Source of the DNA: Deltaproteobacteria bacterium
GTDB lineage: Bacteria; Myxococcota_A; Bradymonadia; REDH01
Assembly: GCA_007693585.1 (NCBI GenBank)
Contig: REDH01000089.1
Location: 21,323-85,322, forward strand
Direction of reading: 5' to 3'
DNA: 64,000 nt
Part shown: piece by piece, positions 31,410 to 42,530 of the stretch
How the letters are laid out: the number at the start of each line of letters is the position of its first letter
Position numbering within the stretch: position 1 is the stretch's first letter
Translations under genes and position numbers: made by a program
Notes under the pieces: generated by a model
Seen by the model: the letters and a program-made list of their open reading frames with translations, nothing else
Told to the model about the DNA's origin: nothing
Database searches by the model: none

Positions 31410-33494
31410 TCAGCGATCCCCTGAGCCCTGCTCCGTGAGCCGCCCGGGGGTCACTGGCCCGGCCGGTGGAGCGTTGGGCGGGACGGAACCTTCAGCACCG
31501 GCGACGTCGCTCACCGGGACCTTCCCCGCACGGTGTTCCCGCGCCCACTCCTCGTCCTCGGGCAGAGGCATCACCTGGGAGAGAAAGGCGTCCAGCACCT
31601 CGTCCTCGAGGACCTCGTCCTCCATCAGACGCCGGCTCATGGTCTCGAGCAACGTGCGGTTGTGCAGGAGGATCCGACGCGCACGGTCGTGGCAATACGC
31701 CACAAGCTCACGTACCTCGGCGTCGATCAGCCGGGCGGTCTCGTCGGAATAGCCGGCACCGCCATGACCCTCCGGCGATTCGAGAAACATCGGCCGCTGG
31801 GTCGCCCCGTGGTGCACGAGTCCGATCGCCTCGGACATTCCGAACTCCGTCATCATCCGCCGTGCGATCTCGCTCACGCGCTGGAGATCGTTCTTCGCCC
31901 CGGTGGACACTTCGCCGAAGACGACCTCCTCGGCGGCCCGTCCGCCGAGCAGTCCGCAGATGCGGTCGACAAGCTCGCGGCGCGTCAGGAGGTATCGGTC
32001 ATCGAGCGGAACCTGAAGCGTGTATCCGAGAGCGCCCATCCCCCGGGGCACGATCGAGATTCGCCGCACCGGATCCGACGTGGGGAGCGCCCTGGCGACG
32101 ATGGCGTGCCCGTTCTCGTGGTAGGCCACGATCTCCTTCTCGATCGGGTTCATGCGGCGGTTTTTCTTCTCGAGACCGGCGATCACGCGCTCGATGGCGT
32201 GGCGGAAGTCGGCCATGGCGACCGCTTCGGCACCGCGCCGTGCGGCCAGCAGTGCCGCCTCGTTCACGACGTTGGCGAGATCCGCCCCGACGAATCCCGT
32301 GGTCTGCTGCGCGAGGTCCTCGACGTCGACATCCTCGACGGCCACGATCCTGCGCAGGTGGATTCGCAGGATGGCACAGCGGCCATTGCGGTCCGGGCGA
32401 TCGACGAGGACCTGCCGGTCGAAGCGCCCGGGGCGGAGCAACGCGGGATCGAGCGTCTCGGGCCGATTGGTCGCGGCGAGCACGATCACGCCCGCGCGGT
32501 CATCGAATCCATCCATCTCGACGAGCAGGGCATTCAGCGTCTGCTCGCGCTCGTCATTGCCGCCCATGGGTCCTCCCCCACCTCGGACCTTGCCCACGGC
32601 ATCGAGCTCATCCAGGAAGATGATGCACGGCGCCTTCTCCTTTGCCTGTTCGAACAGATCCCGGACCCGGGCCGCACCGACGCCCACGAACATTTCGACG
32701 AAGTCCGATCCGGAGATGGAGAAGAAGGTGACGCCAGCCTCCCCGGCCACGGCTCGGGCGATGAGGGTCTTGCCCGTGCCCGGGGGACCCACGAGCATGA
32801 CGCCGCGTGGAATTCGTGCTCCCAGCCGATGAAATCGCTCCGGGTTGCGCAGGAACTCGACCACCTCTTCGAGCTCCTCGCGTGCCTCGTCGACCCCTGC
32901 GACATCGTCGAAGGTCACCTTGATGCCTTCCTCCGCGTAGAGCCGTGCCTTGACCTTGCCGAAGCCCATGGCATGCCCCTGCGGCCCCATCCGTCGGAAC
33001 ATGAAGATCCAGAAGGCGATCAGCAGGAGGACCGGCAGGAAGAGGAGCATCATGAGGCCACCGGTGCAGCCCGGGTCGGCCAGTCCGCGATAGTCGACGC
33101 CGTGTTCCTCGAGCAGAGGAACCAACGACTCGTCGGCCGCCACTCGAACGGCGCGCATCGGCGCGAGCGCCTCGCCGGCGTCGTCCTCGGCCCCTTCCAG
33201 GGGGTAGACGACCAGCTGGGTGCTGCCGATCTCGACGCGCTCCACGAGGCCCCGTTCGATGTAGCTCTTGACTTCGGCGTGGCTCACCTCCTGATATGCG
33301 GAGGTGCCGAGGGCCTGAACGAGCAGGACCGTGAGAACGACAAACGCAACGATGAGCAGCCAGTTGATCCCCGAGCCCGGAGGCCCGAAGCGACCCGTCT
33401 CCTTCGGTCTCTCGGGATTCCTGTCCTTCGGTCCTGTGGGCATGGGCTCCCTGGGGTTTCCGCGGGGTGGCGGACGAGACACGGTGCGAGCCAT
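31410..33494 (-). CDS. ftsH: ATP-dependent zinc metalloprotease FtsH
   Basis: Walker [12 protein letters not shown] region. HENGH zinc site. Alternative start at 33443 (MPTGPKDR, preceded by AGGGAG). Confidence 0.92.
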   Translation of the reverse strand: MARTVSRPPPRGNPREPMPTGPKDRNPERPKETGRFGPPGSGINWLLIVAFVVLTVLLVQALGTSAYQEVSHAEVKSYIERGLVERVEIGSTQLVVYPLEGAEDDAGEALAPMRAVRVAADESLVPLLEEHGVDYRGLADPGCTGGLMMLLFLPVLLLIAFWIFMFRRMGPQGHAMGFGKVKARLYAEEGIKVTFDDVAGVDEAREELEEVVEFLRNPERFHRLGARIPRGVMLVGPPGTGKTLIARAVAGEAGVTFFSISGSDFVEMFVGVGAARVRDLFEQAKEKAPCIIFLDELDAVGKVRGGGGPMGGNDEREQTLNALLVEMDGFDDRAGVIVLAATNRPETLDPALLRPGRFDRQVLVDRPDRNGRCAILRIHLRRIVAVEDVDVEDLAQQTTGFVGADLANVVNEAALLAARRGAEAVAMADFRHAIERVIAGLEKKNRRMNPIEKEIVAYHENGHAIVARALPTSDPVRRISIVPRGMGALGYTLQVPLDDRYLLTRRELVDRICGLLGGRAAEEVVFGEVSTGAKNDLQRVSEIARRMMTEFGMSEAIGLVHHGATQRPMFLESPEGHGGAGYSDETARLIDAEVRELVAYCHDRARRILLHNRTLLETMSRRLMEDEVLEDEVLDAFLSQVMPLPEDEEWAREHRAGKVPVSDVAGAEGSVPPNAPPAGPVTPGRLTEQGSGDR

Positions 33495-33506
33495 CCGGGG
33501 GCGTGC

Positions 33507-34097
33507 ATGGTAAGGACGGGCTCCTTCAAGGCAACCTTGCCCGCTCGGGCCCCGTGCCTGTCGCTGGTGCTGTGCCTGCTGCTGCTGCCGAGCTGTTCCG
33601 AGCTGGGGACGAGTGTCCTCGTGGAGGGCACATGGTCCCAGCCCGAGTGCGAGCTCGGGGAAGTGACCTGGAGACCGACGTTCGCCACCTGGACGCGGAA
33701 CGTGCAGGGGACCGCGGTCATGCGGATTCAGACGGACGCCGGGCCGCTCGATGGCGATGACCACGTGGTCATCGCCTTCCGTGATCCCGCGTCCATTCCC
33801 GGCCGCGTCGGCGAGCCGATTCGCATCGGCCCGCGGGAGCTCGGGGACTCCGCGTTCGGCACCCTCAACTTCCATGAGCGCTGTCCCGACGCGCGCCGGT
33901 CGTCGAGCGAGCTGATCGGCACGCTCGTGTTCGAGGAGTTCACGGGCAAGCTCGAATCGGACGTCCGGGGCCATGCCGATGTGATGGCAAGGGATGCCCG
34001 GGACCCCGACCTGGTGTACAGTGAAGAGATCCGGATCGAGTTCGCGTTCCGGATCCGAAGGTTCCCGCCCTATCAGCCGTTCAACGCCGGATTCTAG
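33507..34097 (+). CDS. Hypothetical lipoprotein
   Basis: 3' part of an 854-aa track ORF that is otherwise antisense to ftsH. Signal peptide plus putative lipobox (LLLPSC). Good codon bias. Fills the ftsH-kinase gap. Confidence 0.45.
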   Translation: MVRTGSFKATLPARAPCLSLVLCLLLLPSCSELGTSVLVEGTWSQPECELGEVTWRPTFATWTRNVQGTAVMRIQTDAGPLDGDDHVVIAFRDPASIPGRVGEPIRIGPRELGDSAFGTLNFHERCPDARRSSSELIGTLVFEEFTGKLESDVRGHADVMARDARDPDLVYSEEIRIEFAFRIRRFPPYQPFNAGF

Positions 34098-34135
34098 CGC
34101 CACGCACCACCTGCGCTGCCCTGAGGACACGCACC

Positions 34136-36490
34136 ATGGACAACGTCGAGAAGTTCGGGGACTGGAGCCTTCTGCTGAAGCTTGCCGAAGGCGGGATGGC
34201 GGTCACCTGGCTGGCACGCGCGGCCGGAGCAGAGCCGGGCGACGAAGTGGCGGTCAAGCGCATCCACCCGGATCTCGTGCGCGACCCGGAGTTGCGAGCC
34301 CTGTTCGTCGAGGAAGCGCGCATGGCGCGTCGGGTGGACCACCCCAACCTCGTGCGGACCTTCGTCGCCGGCCAGGTGCAGGGCGAGGACTATCTCGCCA
34401 TGGAGTACGTCTGGGGCGAGGACCTTCGTCGAATCGCCGAGCGGGGCGTCGCCGTCGGCAAGCCGCTGCCGCTGCGGATCGCCGTGCGACTCATCGCCGA
34501 TGCGGCCCGCGGTCTTCACACCTTCCACGAACTCGAGGACGAGGGTGGGCTGCCGCTCGAACCGGTCCACCGGGATGTCTCTCCGCCCAACCTCATGCTG
34601 ACCTTCGACGGCCACACGAAGGTCATCGACTTCGGCATCGCCAAGGTCGAGTCCCGCCTGCGGACGGTCCGGCAGGGACAGCTCAAGGGCAAGTTCAGCT
34701 ACATGTCTCCCGAGCAGGTCCAGGGCCTGGAGGTCGACAGACGCTCCGACATCTTCGCCCTCGCCGTCGTGCTCTGGGAGGTCACGACCATGCGACGGCT
34801 CTTCAAGGCGGAGAGTGACGTCCTCACGATCAAGCTTGTCTCGGAAGCGCGGGTCATGGCCCCGCATGTGGCCCGCCATGACTATCCGCCGCGGCTGGGC
34901 GAGATCGTGATGAAGGCTCTCGCCCGGGATCCGCGGCAGAGACACCCGACCGCGGCCGCCTTCGCCGACGAGCTGGAGGGCTTTCTCGAAGAGACCCGCA
35001 TCGAGCCCAGCCGTGCGCAGGTCGCCCAGTACATGCAGGAGATCTTTCCCGATCGCATCGAGCAGCTCGAGTCGCTCCTCGGCGCGAACTACCCGGGCCC
35101 GTCGAGAACACCTCACCTGCCCGAGATCCCCGACCCCTCCCCGGAGGAAGCGCCGACGACTGCCCCCGCAGAGTCCCTCCAGCCCAGTGGGGAAGGTCCC
35201 ACCGATTCCGAAGAACTGCAGCTGTCCGGCCGACGATTCGAACCGGGTGCGGAGAGCGATGCGCCAGCGCCCCCGGATGAGGACGACCTCGACCTCATGC
35301 GACAGCAGCGCCAGAGCCGCCTCATCCTGGGCTCGTTCGCCATGGTCGCGCTCCTCGTCATCGCCTGGATCGCCTATACCATCGCGACCCATGGCGCCGG
35401 CACCCGAGTCTCCGACATCGAGGCCGTGGAGCTCTTCGAAGCCGGAGAACTCGATCGGCCGGACCCCCCTCCGGTGCAGATGACCCCCGTGTCTTCCGAG
35501 CCCGAAGGTGCGCGCGTCATCCTCAACGGCACCATGCTCGTCGGCCGGACCCCCCTTGAGGTTCCCTTCGTCGAGGGGCAGCCCAACGACGTGGGCCTGG
35601 TGCTCGACGGCCATCGCGGTTCGCGACAGGTGCTGCCCGCCGAAGCCGCCGGCACTCCCCTCACCGTGTCCCTCGAACCACTGCAGGCACCGGACGGGTG
35701 GTCACCGCCCGAAGCGATGGACCCGGCGCCGGATTTCCCCACCAGCATCCTCCGCATCCGGACGACCCATGGCGGTCAGCCCCTGCGAGAGGCTTCCGTG
35801 TCCATCAACGGCACACCCCTCGAGGGAACCACGCCCGTGACCACCAGCGTCCCGGCCGGCGTGCCGCAGCACGTCACCGTGCGCATGCAGGGGTTCCGCG
35901 ACAGCACCGCGTGGATCACGCCTCGCGAGTCGCGACGTGAAGGGCAGGACGACGAGCTGCTGATCGAACTGACAAGCGCCGATCAGGTCCACCTGTTCAC
36001 CTCGCTCAGGCTCCAGCTCAATCCACAGCAGGCCCGCGTCACGATCGGAGACGAGGTGACCCGAGGGCGAAACCACCAGCTCCGCGCCCCCGGTCACTAC
36101 CCCGTCCTCATCGAGGCGGACGGATACCTGCCCTGGCATGGGGCCTTCAGCACGGGCCCCGGTACCATTTTCGAGCGGGTGATTCTCGACGAGATCCCCA
36201 GAGAACCCGCCCTCCTCAGCCTCCGTGTCGACCCGGACGGCACCCGACTCTTCGCCGCCCGCGTCGGAGACCCGGTTGGCGCGAGCCCCATCGGCACACA
36301 CATCGTGCGCAATCACGAGCTCTCGGCAGGTCGCTGGCAGCTCACGTTCGTGCACCGCGACGACGAAGTCTCGAGGCGAGGCCGCGTGTACGTGGAACTC
36401 GAGGGGAACACCCACCTCGATCTCCACTATCGGCTCGATGACGAGGGAGCCGAACTCGTGCGCGAGGACAGTCGGCCCATCGGCCGCTAG
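34136..36490 (+). CDS. Ser/Thr protein kinase with a TM helix and periplasmic PEGA-repeat domain
   Basis: Catalytic motifs VAVKRIHP, HRDVSPPN, DFGIAK and MSPEQ. TM LILGSFAMVALLVIAWIAYTI. Several PEGA-like repeats (RVILNGTMLVGRTPLEV). Confidence 0.85.
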   Translation: MDNVEKFGDWSLLLKLAEGGMAVTWLARAAGAEPGDEVAVKRIHPDLVRDPELRALFVEEARMARRVDHPNLVRTFVAGQVQGEDYLAMEYVWGEDLRRIAERGVAVGKPLPLRIAVRLIADAARGLHTFHELEDEGGLPLEPVHRDVSPPNLMLTFDGHTKVIDFGIAKVESRLRTVRQGQLKGKFSYMSPEQVQGLEVDRRSDIFALAVVLWEVTTMRRLFKAESDVLTIKLVSEARVMAPHVARHDYPPRLGEIVMKALARDPRQRHPTAAAFADELEGFLEETRIEPSRAQVAQYMQEIFPDRIEQLESLLGANYPGPSRTPHLPEIPDPSPEEAPTTAPAESLQPSGEGPTDSEELQLSGRRFEPGAESDAPAPPDEDDLDLMRQQRQSRLILGSFAMVALLVIAWIAYTIATHGAGTRVSDIEAVELFEAGELDRPDPPPVQMTPVSSEPEGARVILNGTMLVGRTPLEVPFVEGQPNDVGLVLDGHRGSRQVLPAEAAGTPLTVSLEPLQAPDGWSPPEAMDPAPDFPTSILRIRTTHGGQPLREASVSINGTPLEGTTPVTTSVPAGVPQHVTVRMQGFRDSTAWITPRESRREGQDDELLIELTSADQVHLFTSLRLQLNPQQARVTIGDEVTRGRNHQLRAPGHYPVLIEADGYLPWHGAFSTGPGTIFERVILDEIPREPALLSLRVDPDGTRLFAARVGDPVGASPIGTHIVRNHELSAGRWQLTFVHRDDEVSRRGRVYVELEGNTHLDLHYRLDDEGAELVREDSRPIGR

Positions 36491-36670
36491 CCCCAGCACG
36501 CTCCGCGCCGCCGGAAGCAGACTCGCCGGCATTGGTCAGCCCGCCGCACAGAGGCCCTCCCAGCGCGGTTTACGCACCCCACCATTTTGACAGAGCACCC
36601 GCGCCACCCTAGCTTCCGTGAAGCGTCCGCACCATGCGGCGCGCCGCCCCCCATCTCCACGCGTGTCTTC

Positions 36671-38704
36671 ATGCGCCGTCTCCTCGCCTTCGCCCTTGGG
36701 CTGGGATTGTCCGCCAGCACCTTCGGCTGCTCAAGCGCCCTGCAGGACTCCCGCTCCGAGGAGCTCCTGGCCATCGTGCACGAAAAGGAACTCGAGCACT
36801 TCGTGGCCACCTTTGCCATCGAGGCACCCACGCGTGCCGTCCTCTGGGCCGAGCAGCAGGTGGAGACACCGAGCTGGGACACCGTCGCAGCCCAGCTCGG
36901 CCGGGATCTTGACTGGGACGACGAGGCGGTTCGACTTCTCACGGAGCTCCATCGTTCCGGAACGCCCCCGTTCGTGCGCGGAGGCAGGCTCACCTCAGGT
37001 GGCACGGAGACCTTCCGGATGCTCGCTCACGCCCACCGCGAACACGGCATGGACAACCGGAGCTGGCACCTCGACGAGATCGAGGCCCGAATGGCCACCC
37101 TGGGCCGGGACGAACTCGTGCGCGAGCTCCATGAGGCGCTTCGAATCGGCCCGGACGACGAGCGCCGGCTGAGGGAATGGCTCGAAGCACGCATCGGGCT
37201 GGACGGCACCGCCCCGAGCCACCCGGATCTGGCGCGCCTGCTGCTCGCGGATCCCGAGGACAACCCCCTGCCCCGCTATTCGGAGGCGGCCCGGGCTCTG
37301 GCCACGAAGCTTGCGGAAGGAGCCATGGCCGCTCCGGAGCTGGAGATTCTGCTCGCCTTCGGGTGGCTCGCGATGGCCTCCGAGATGCGGCTGGCGAACT
37401 TCTACTTCATCCCGCGGGATGTCCGTGAGGAGCGCGAGTGGAACATTCGCGATCGAAGTCAGCGTGGCGAGATTCTGCGTTTCCTCCAGCGTGAAGCGTT
37501 CGAGGAGGCCCGGGAGTCGGGTTTCGCGCACGTCATGGAGCACCTGGAGCCTCCATCGGAGCAGTACGCCGGCCTTCGGCGCTCCCTCGTCCGGTATCTC
37601 GAGTACGTCGAGCGGGGTGGATGGCCGGAGATCGATGTCCCGGCGAATCGACTGCGGGAAGGCTACTCGGGGCCGGAGGTCCTGACATTGCGTGAGCGGT
37701 TGCACGCCGAGGACTACTTCGACGGAGCACTCGACAGTCCCGAGTTCGATCACGCCCTCCGACGGGCGCTGCTTCACTACCAGCATACCCATCAGCTCCA
37801 GGAGAGCGGCGTTGTCGATCGAATCACCCTCTTCTCCCTCAACGTCCCGGCGGAACGTCGGGCCGCCCAGATCGCGGTCACGCTCCAGCGCTGGCGTGAG
37901 AGCACGATCGGGGCCGACTTCGATCGACGCCACATCCGGGCCAGCCTTCCGGACTTCCACGCCGAACTGTGGGAGGCCGACGAGCGGCTGATGCGCTTTC
38001 GTACGGTCATCGGGAGCAACCGGCGAGCACGAAACCCAAGAACCGGCGAGGTGGAGCTGATCACCGCAACGCCGACCTTCTACCGGAGCATGCGCTACGT
38101 CGTGTTCAATCCGACCTGGAACATCCCTCCGGGCATTCGCCAGCGGGACTACGACCCTCGGATCGAGGAGAACCCCAACTATCTGGAGGAACAGGGATAC
38201 CAGCTCATGGTCGGAGACGACGGTCGCGAGTGGATCCGGCAGCCACCCGGCCCCACGAACCCCCTGGGACGGGTCAAGTTCCTCTTCCCGAACGAGCACC
38301 ACGTCTACTTCCACGACACGCCGCAGCGACACCTCTTCTCCCATCCCATCCGTGCCTACTCCTCGGGCTGTGTCCGGATTCAGGACGCCATGGACTTCGC
38401 GCGGCTGCTGCTCAGGCTGGATCGCGGCTGGAACGACCGCAGGATCGAAGACTTCATCGAGTCGCAGTTCGACGATCCGGACAACGAGCGCTGGGTGTCG
38501 CTGATCCACCCCATTCCGGTTCATATCGAGTACTACGTCGTCCGCTACGATGACACCGGCGACACCCACTTCCTCGCCGACATCTACCGATGGGACACGG
38601 AGCGGGTGGATGCGATGGAAAGTCTTCTCTTCGGCGAGGCTGACGGCGTCTCCGGGGTCGAGGACCCTGAACGCGCCCCGCTCTCCGTGGTCAGCGGTCC
38701 GTGA
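36671..38704 (+). CDS. L,D-transpeptidase, YcbB/LdtD-like lipoprotein
   Basis: Lipobox SASTFGCSS. YkuD domain with catalytic HDTP...YSSGCVRI. Confidence 0.8.
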   Translation: MRRLLAFALGLGLSASTFGCSSALQDSRSEELLAIVHEKELEHFVATFAIEAPTRAVLWAEQQVETPSWDTVAAQLGRDLDWDDEAVRLLTELHRSGTPPFVRGGRLTSGGTETFRMLAHAHREHGMDNRSWHLDEIEARMATLGRDELVRELHEALRIGPDDERRLREWLEARIGLDGTAPSHPDLARLLLADPEDNPLPRYSEAARALATKLAEGAMAAPELEILLAFGWLAMASEMRLANFYFIPRDVREEREWNIRDRSQRGEILRFLQREAFEEARESGFAHVMEHLEPPSEQYAGLRRSLVRYLEYVERGGWPEIDVPANRLREGYSGPEVLTLRERLHAEDYFDGALDSPEFDHALRRALLHYQHTHQLQESGVVDRITLFSLNVPAERRAAQIAVTLQRWRESTIGADFDRRHIRASLPDFHAELWEADERLMRFRTVIGSNRRARNPRTGEVELITATPTFYRSMRYVVFNPTWNIPPGIRQRDYDPRIEENPNYLEEQGYQLMVGDDGREWIRQPPGPTNPLGRVKFLFPNEHHVYFHDTPQRHLFSHPIRAYSSGCVRIQDAMDFARLLLRLDRGWNDRRIEDFIESQFDDPDNERWVSLIHPIPVHIEYYVVRYDDTGDTHFLADIYRWDTERVDAMESLLFGEADGVSGVEDPERAPLSVVSGP

Positions 38705-38743
38705 GTCCACCGGCGCGGTCACGGTCCCGAGTCCCGATCGGCG

Positions 38744-39562
38744 TCACTGCGCTGTGCGCGTCACGCAAGACGGCAGCAGGGCCTCGTCCACGAGGGCCTC
38801 GCGGTTGAGTGCCCACGACAACGCTGCTGCCTGCAGCATGGAGAGCGATGGCTCGTCTGCGGTGTGGTGGTCGCTCGATCGATGACGGAGGCCTGAATGA
38901 AGCGCTGCGGCCTGCGCCGTCCAGCGCCGACCTCGATAGTGGCCCTCGAAGAGCCCGGAGGAGTCGCGCACATGGACTTCGGCGGCACAGGCTTCGCGCT
39001 CGACCACGATGGTCAGGGGCGGCAAGGGACTCCCGGAGCGCACTTCACCCTCCGCACCGGATGCACTCCGCCACTCCGCCGTCCCGGCGCTCTCCCCCGC
39101 ACCTCCCGACCGGACCGTACCTACGCCGAGTCCGTCCCGCAGAACGTGCCACTCCTCACGATCCCCCCGCACGAGCGACCACTCGTCGTGGCCCGGACAT
39201 CTCAGGGTCCAGCGGTCCGTGGACGGCTGCTCCATCGAGCACCGCACTGCACCCTCCCGGTCAACCAGCTCCCAGCCAGCTGGCCCTCGCCTCATGCGCC
39301 CGATGCGTCGCATGTGCGAATCGAAGACGCGCACGCCGCCGGCACTGACCCGCAATGCACCCAGCCGCTCGACATCACTCCCGACCCAGCGCAGCCGTTC
39401 TCCGGGCAAGTCCGTCTCATGCCCCGGACCGAGAGGATGGGTGCGAAAGGGAGGAGGAGAGGCCTCCCGGGGCGCACAAGCGCCCAGAAGAAGACAACCT
39501 CCGAGCCAGGCGATACACCACCAGGGCAGCGGACCGGAGAGCAGCACGCGAGGTCCTTTCAT
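38744..39562 (-). CDS. Hypothetical lipoprotein
   Basis: Signal peptide plus lipobox (LLLGAC). Confidence 0.5.
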   Translation of the reverse strand: MKGPRVLLSGPLPWWCIAWLGGCLLLGACAPREASPPPFRTHPLGPGHETDLPGERLRWVGSDVERLGALRVSAGGVRVFDSHMRRIGRMRRGPAGWELVDREGAVRCSMEQPSTDRWTLRCPGHDEWSLVRGDREEWHVLRDGLGVGTVRSGGAGESAGTAEWRSASGAEGEVRSGSPLPPLTIVVEREACAAEVHVRDSSGLFEGHYRGRRWTAQAAALHSGLRHRSSDHHTADEPSLSMLQAAALSWALNREALVDEALLPSCVTRTAQ

Positions 39563-39565
39563 GTT

Positions 39566-40087
39566 CTACCGGAAGGGCAGGCCGCGGTTTCGCCGGGCCT
39601 GATCCAGGATCCCATTGACGAACCGCGGAGTGGACTCGCCCCCATAGCACTTGGCCAGTTCGATCAGGTCATGGAACACCGGGCGCAACCTGGGTGCTTC
39701 ACTCCGCAGCATCTCCGTGACGCCGATGAGGAGGAGACACCGATCGATCGTCGGCATTCGATCGAGGCGCCAGCGCGGAGAAGCCTGACGCAGACAGGCT
39801 TCTGCATCCTCACGCCGACTTTCGAGTTCACGCAGCAGCGCCGTCACATCGTCGCGAACGGGATCCCATTGCTCCGGGGACGGCAGCTCGTCGTCCATCC
39901 GTTCGATTCGAAACCAGCGGGTTCGTTCGGACGGCGCAGGCTCGACGTGAGGAACCACGTGAGAGGCTTCATGCCGTGCCAGCGCATCGAGTGGGGACAG
40001 CCCCGCCATTTCCGATGAATAGAGCACACGCAGCGCGTGCTCGCGGACGGCTCGCCCCGCATTGGTGCGTCTATCCGACATGGTCAT
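39566..40087 (-). CDS. nusB: Transcription antitermination factor NusB
   Basis: NusB fold similarity (MSDRRTNAGRAVREHALRVLY...). The start overlaps the ribH stop. Confidence 0.8.
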   Translation of the reverse strand: MTMSDRRTNAGRAVREHALRVLYSSEMAGLSPLDALARHEASHVVPHVEPAPSERTRWFRIERMDDELPSPEQWDPVRDDVTALLRELESRREDAEACLRQASPRWRLDRMPTIDRCLLLIGVTEMLRSEAPRLRPVFHDLIELAKCYGGESTPRFVNGILDQARRNRGLPFR

Positions 40088-40550
40088 CCAGTTGCCGATA
40101 GAGGTCGGCCATCTCGATGGCAGCCAGGGCAGCCTCGTGTCCCTTGTTGCCGGCCTTCGTTCCGGCGCGCTCGATCGCCTGCTCGATGGTGTCCGTGGTG
40201 AGGACGCCGAATGCGACAGGCTTCCCACTGGCCATGGCAGCGCTCGCCAGACCCTTCGTGGCTTCGGCGGCGATGTAGTCGAAGTGTGGCGTTGCTCCAC
40301 GAATCAGCACCCCCAGAGCGACGACGGCGTCCACATCACTCCTCGCCGCCAGCCGCTCGGCGATCATGGGCAACTCGTACGCTCCGGGCACGCGGACAAC
40401 GAGGGTGCTGTCCACGTCCCCTCCGGTCCTTCGAATGGCGTCTAGCGCCCCTTCGAGCAGGCGTTCCGTGATGAACGCGTTCCATCGGGACAGGACGATT
40501 GCGAAACGAAACCCTTCAGCGCGGAGCTGTCCGTCAATCTGGCGCGGCAT
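40071..40550 (-). CDS. ribH: 6,7-dimethyl-8-ribityllumazine synthase
   Basis: Full-length RibH similarity. Confidence 0.93.
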   Translation of the reverse strand: MPRQIDGQLRAEGFRFAIVLSRWNAFITERLLEGALDAIRRTGGDVDSTLVVRVPGAYELPMIAERLAARSDVDAVVALGVLIRGATPHFDYIAAEATKGLASAAMASGKPVAFGVLTTDTIEQAIERAGTKAGNKGHEAALAAIEMADLYRQLDDHVG

Positions 40551-40597
40551 GGCTTTTCTCCTCGACGATTACAGGATGCATCGGAGTGCTGCGATCT

Positions 40598-41761
40598 TCA
40601 TGGAACGGGCTTCCACGAGGGCGGAGGAATGGGGATCTGGTCGACGAGCTCGAGCCCGTATCCATCGAGACCAACGAGGCGGCGTTCACTGGAGGACAGC
40701 AGGATCATCGAGCGCACGCCGCAGTCGCGAACGATCTGCGCGCCGACCCCGAGGTCCCGAAACTCGGGGCTCACGGTATTCACCCGAGCCTGGCGGGCTT
40801 CCTCGGAGTCCTCCTCGCGAGCCCCTTCGGTCATGACATACCGTCGGACCGCGTCGAGACGAGAGAGTTCGGGCTTGTGAAGGTAGACCAGGACTCCGCA
40901 GCCTCTTCTCGCGATCTCTTCCATTGCACCATGGAGCTGCCACCCACAGCCGCAGGCCGTCCCCATGAACACGTCACCGACCGTGCACTGATGCTGCACG
41001 CGAACGGCGACCGGCTCCTCGCTTGCGGAGGGATCGCCCAGCACGAGGGCCAGATGCTCGGTACCATCGGTGACGCTTCGGTAGCCGCGAACGCGGAAGC
41101 CATCGTGATAGCGACAGGGATACGGGGTCTCGAGGACCCGCTCGACCAGGGTGTCCCTCTGGAGCCGATACTGGATGAGTTCTTCGACTGTCGCGATGAG
41201 CAAGCCATGCTCCCTTGCGAACACCTCGAGATCCTCCATTCGGGCCATGGAACCGTCGTCATTGAGGATCTCACAGATGACAGCCGCCGGCTTCAGCCCT
41301 GCGAGCCGGGCAAGATCCACCGAACCTTCGGTTTGCCCGGTCCGCTCGAGCACCCCTCCCCTTCGGGCCCGAAGGGGGAAGATGTGCCCGGGTCGCACAA
41401 GGTCTTCCGGACGGGTTGTATCCGCCACGGCCACCTGAATCGTATGTGCCCTGTCTGCGGCTGATATTCCGGTGGTCACGCCATCGCGCGCCTCGATGGA
41501 CACGGTGAATGCGGTTCCGAACTGCGCGGAGTTCTCTTCGACCATCAAGGGGATCTGCAGCTCCCGGAGCCGTTCATCCGTCAGGCTGAGACAGATCAGT
41601 CCACGGCCGAACTTGGCCATGAAGTTGATGATCTCCGGCGTGACCTTCTCTGCGGCGACCACGAGGTCGCCCTCGTTCTCGCGATCCTCGTCATCGACCA
41701 GAATCACCATCTCGCCGCGCCGGATGGCGGCAATTGTCTCGTCCATCGTCGCTCTCGACAT
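40598..41761 (-). CDS. ribBA: Bifunctional DHBP synthase / GTP cyclohydrolase II
   Basis: Both RibB and RibA domains are present (CGCGWQLH...). Confidence 0.93.
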   Translation of the reverse strand: MSRATMDETIAAIRRGEMVILVDDEDRENEGDLVVAAEKVTPEIINFMAKFGRGLICLSLTDERLRELQIPLMVEENSAQFGTAFTVSIEARDGVTTGISAADRAHTIQVAVADTTRPEDLVRPGHIFPLRARRGGVLERTGQTEGSVDLARLAGLKPAAVICEILNDDGSMARMEDLEVFAREHGLLIATVEELIQYRLQRDTLVERVLETPYPCRYHDGFRVRGYRSVTDGTEHLALVLGDPSASEEPVAVRVQHQCTVGDVFMGTACGCGWQLHGAMEEIARRGCGVLVYLHKPELSRLDAVRRYVMTEGAREEDSEEARQARVNTVSPEFRDLGVGAQIVRDCGVRSMILLSSSERRLVGLDGYGLELVDQIPIPPPSWKPVP

Positions 41762-41763
41762 GG

Positions 41764-42417
41764 CTATGCGTCCTCACTCGGTAGGTATCCGTAACGTTGG
41801 AGCAGTCCGCTCAGGGAGCCATCGGCCCCCTTCAGCGCAAGCTGACGAGCGACGTACTTGCCCAGCACATCGGTTTCGATGTTCACTCTCGTTCCGACCG
41901 CCATCCGGGTCAGCGTCGTCTTCTCGGCCGTGAACGGGACGATCGTGAGGCGCACCCTGTCCGTCTCGACCGCGTTCACGGTCAGGCTGACACCGTCCAC
42001 GGCGATGGAGCCCTTTTCGACGACCTCCCCAAGGAGGGAAACGGGGAGCCGGAACCACAGATGCCAGGCTCTGGCATCCTGCTCCTGCTTCGCGAGCGTG
42101 CCCACTCCGTCCACATGGCCCTGCACCAGGTGACCTCCGAGGCGATCACCGAGCCGCAGTGCACGCTCGAGGTGCACGTGATCGCCGGCTCTCCGTTCAC
42201 CAAGCGCGGTGCGCTCGAGCGTCTCGGACGATGCAAGGGCGGCGAAGCTCGCTCCATCGATCTCAGTGACGGTCAGGCAGGCCCCGTTGACCGCGATCGA
42301 GTCACCCGGCTGAACATCGGCCAGGGGAATGGTGGTCGTGAAGACGAACCTGCTGTCCCGACCGGACCGCTCGACGCGCCGAACACTTCCGATGTCTTCG
42401 ATGAGGCCCGTGAACAT
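41764..42417 (-). CDS. ribE: Riboflavin synthase alpha subunit
   Basis: [11 protein letters not shown]-terminus and two lumazine-binding repeats. Confidence 0.92.
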   Translation of the reverse strand: MFTGLIEDIGSVRRVERSGRDSRFVFTTTIPLADVQPGDSIAVNGACLTVTEIDGASFAALASSETLERTALGERRAGDHVHLERALRLGDRLGGHLVQGHVDGVGTLAKQEQDARAWHLWFRLPVSLLGEVVEKGSIAVDGVSLTVNAVETDRVRLTIVPFTAEKTTLTRMAVGTRVNIETDVLGKYVARQLALKGADGSLSGLLQRYGYLPSEDA

Positions 42418-42530
42418 GATGACCGGTGGGGAGTGACAAAGAACCGTCCCGGGCGACGGGGCGCGAGAGACTATTGTCGGCCGGAGGCGAGTGCAAGCAC
42501 CTCTCCGAATCGCTTTCGAGCGAGGCCGAC

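Noticed and set aside
31533-33506. Upstream 658 codons of the 854-aa plus-strand ORF
   Set aside because: Antisense to ftsH. Only the 3' 197 codons beyond the ftsH start were kept, as a low-confidence lipoprotein.
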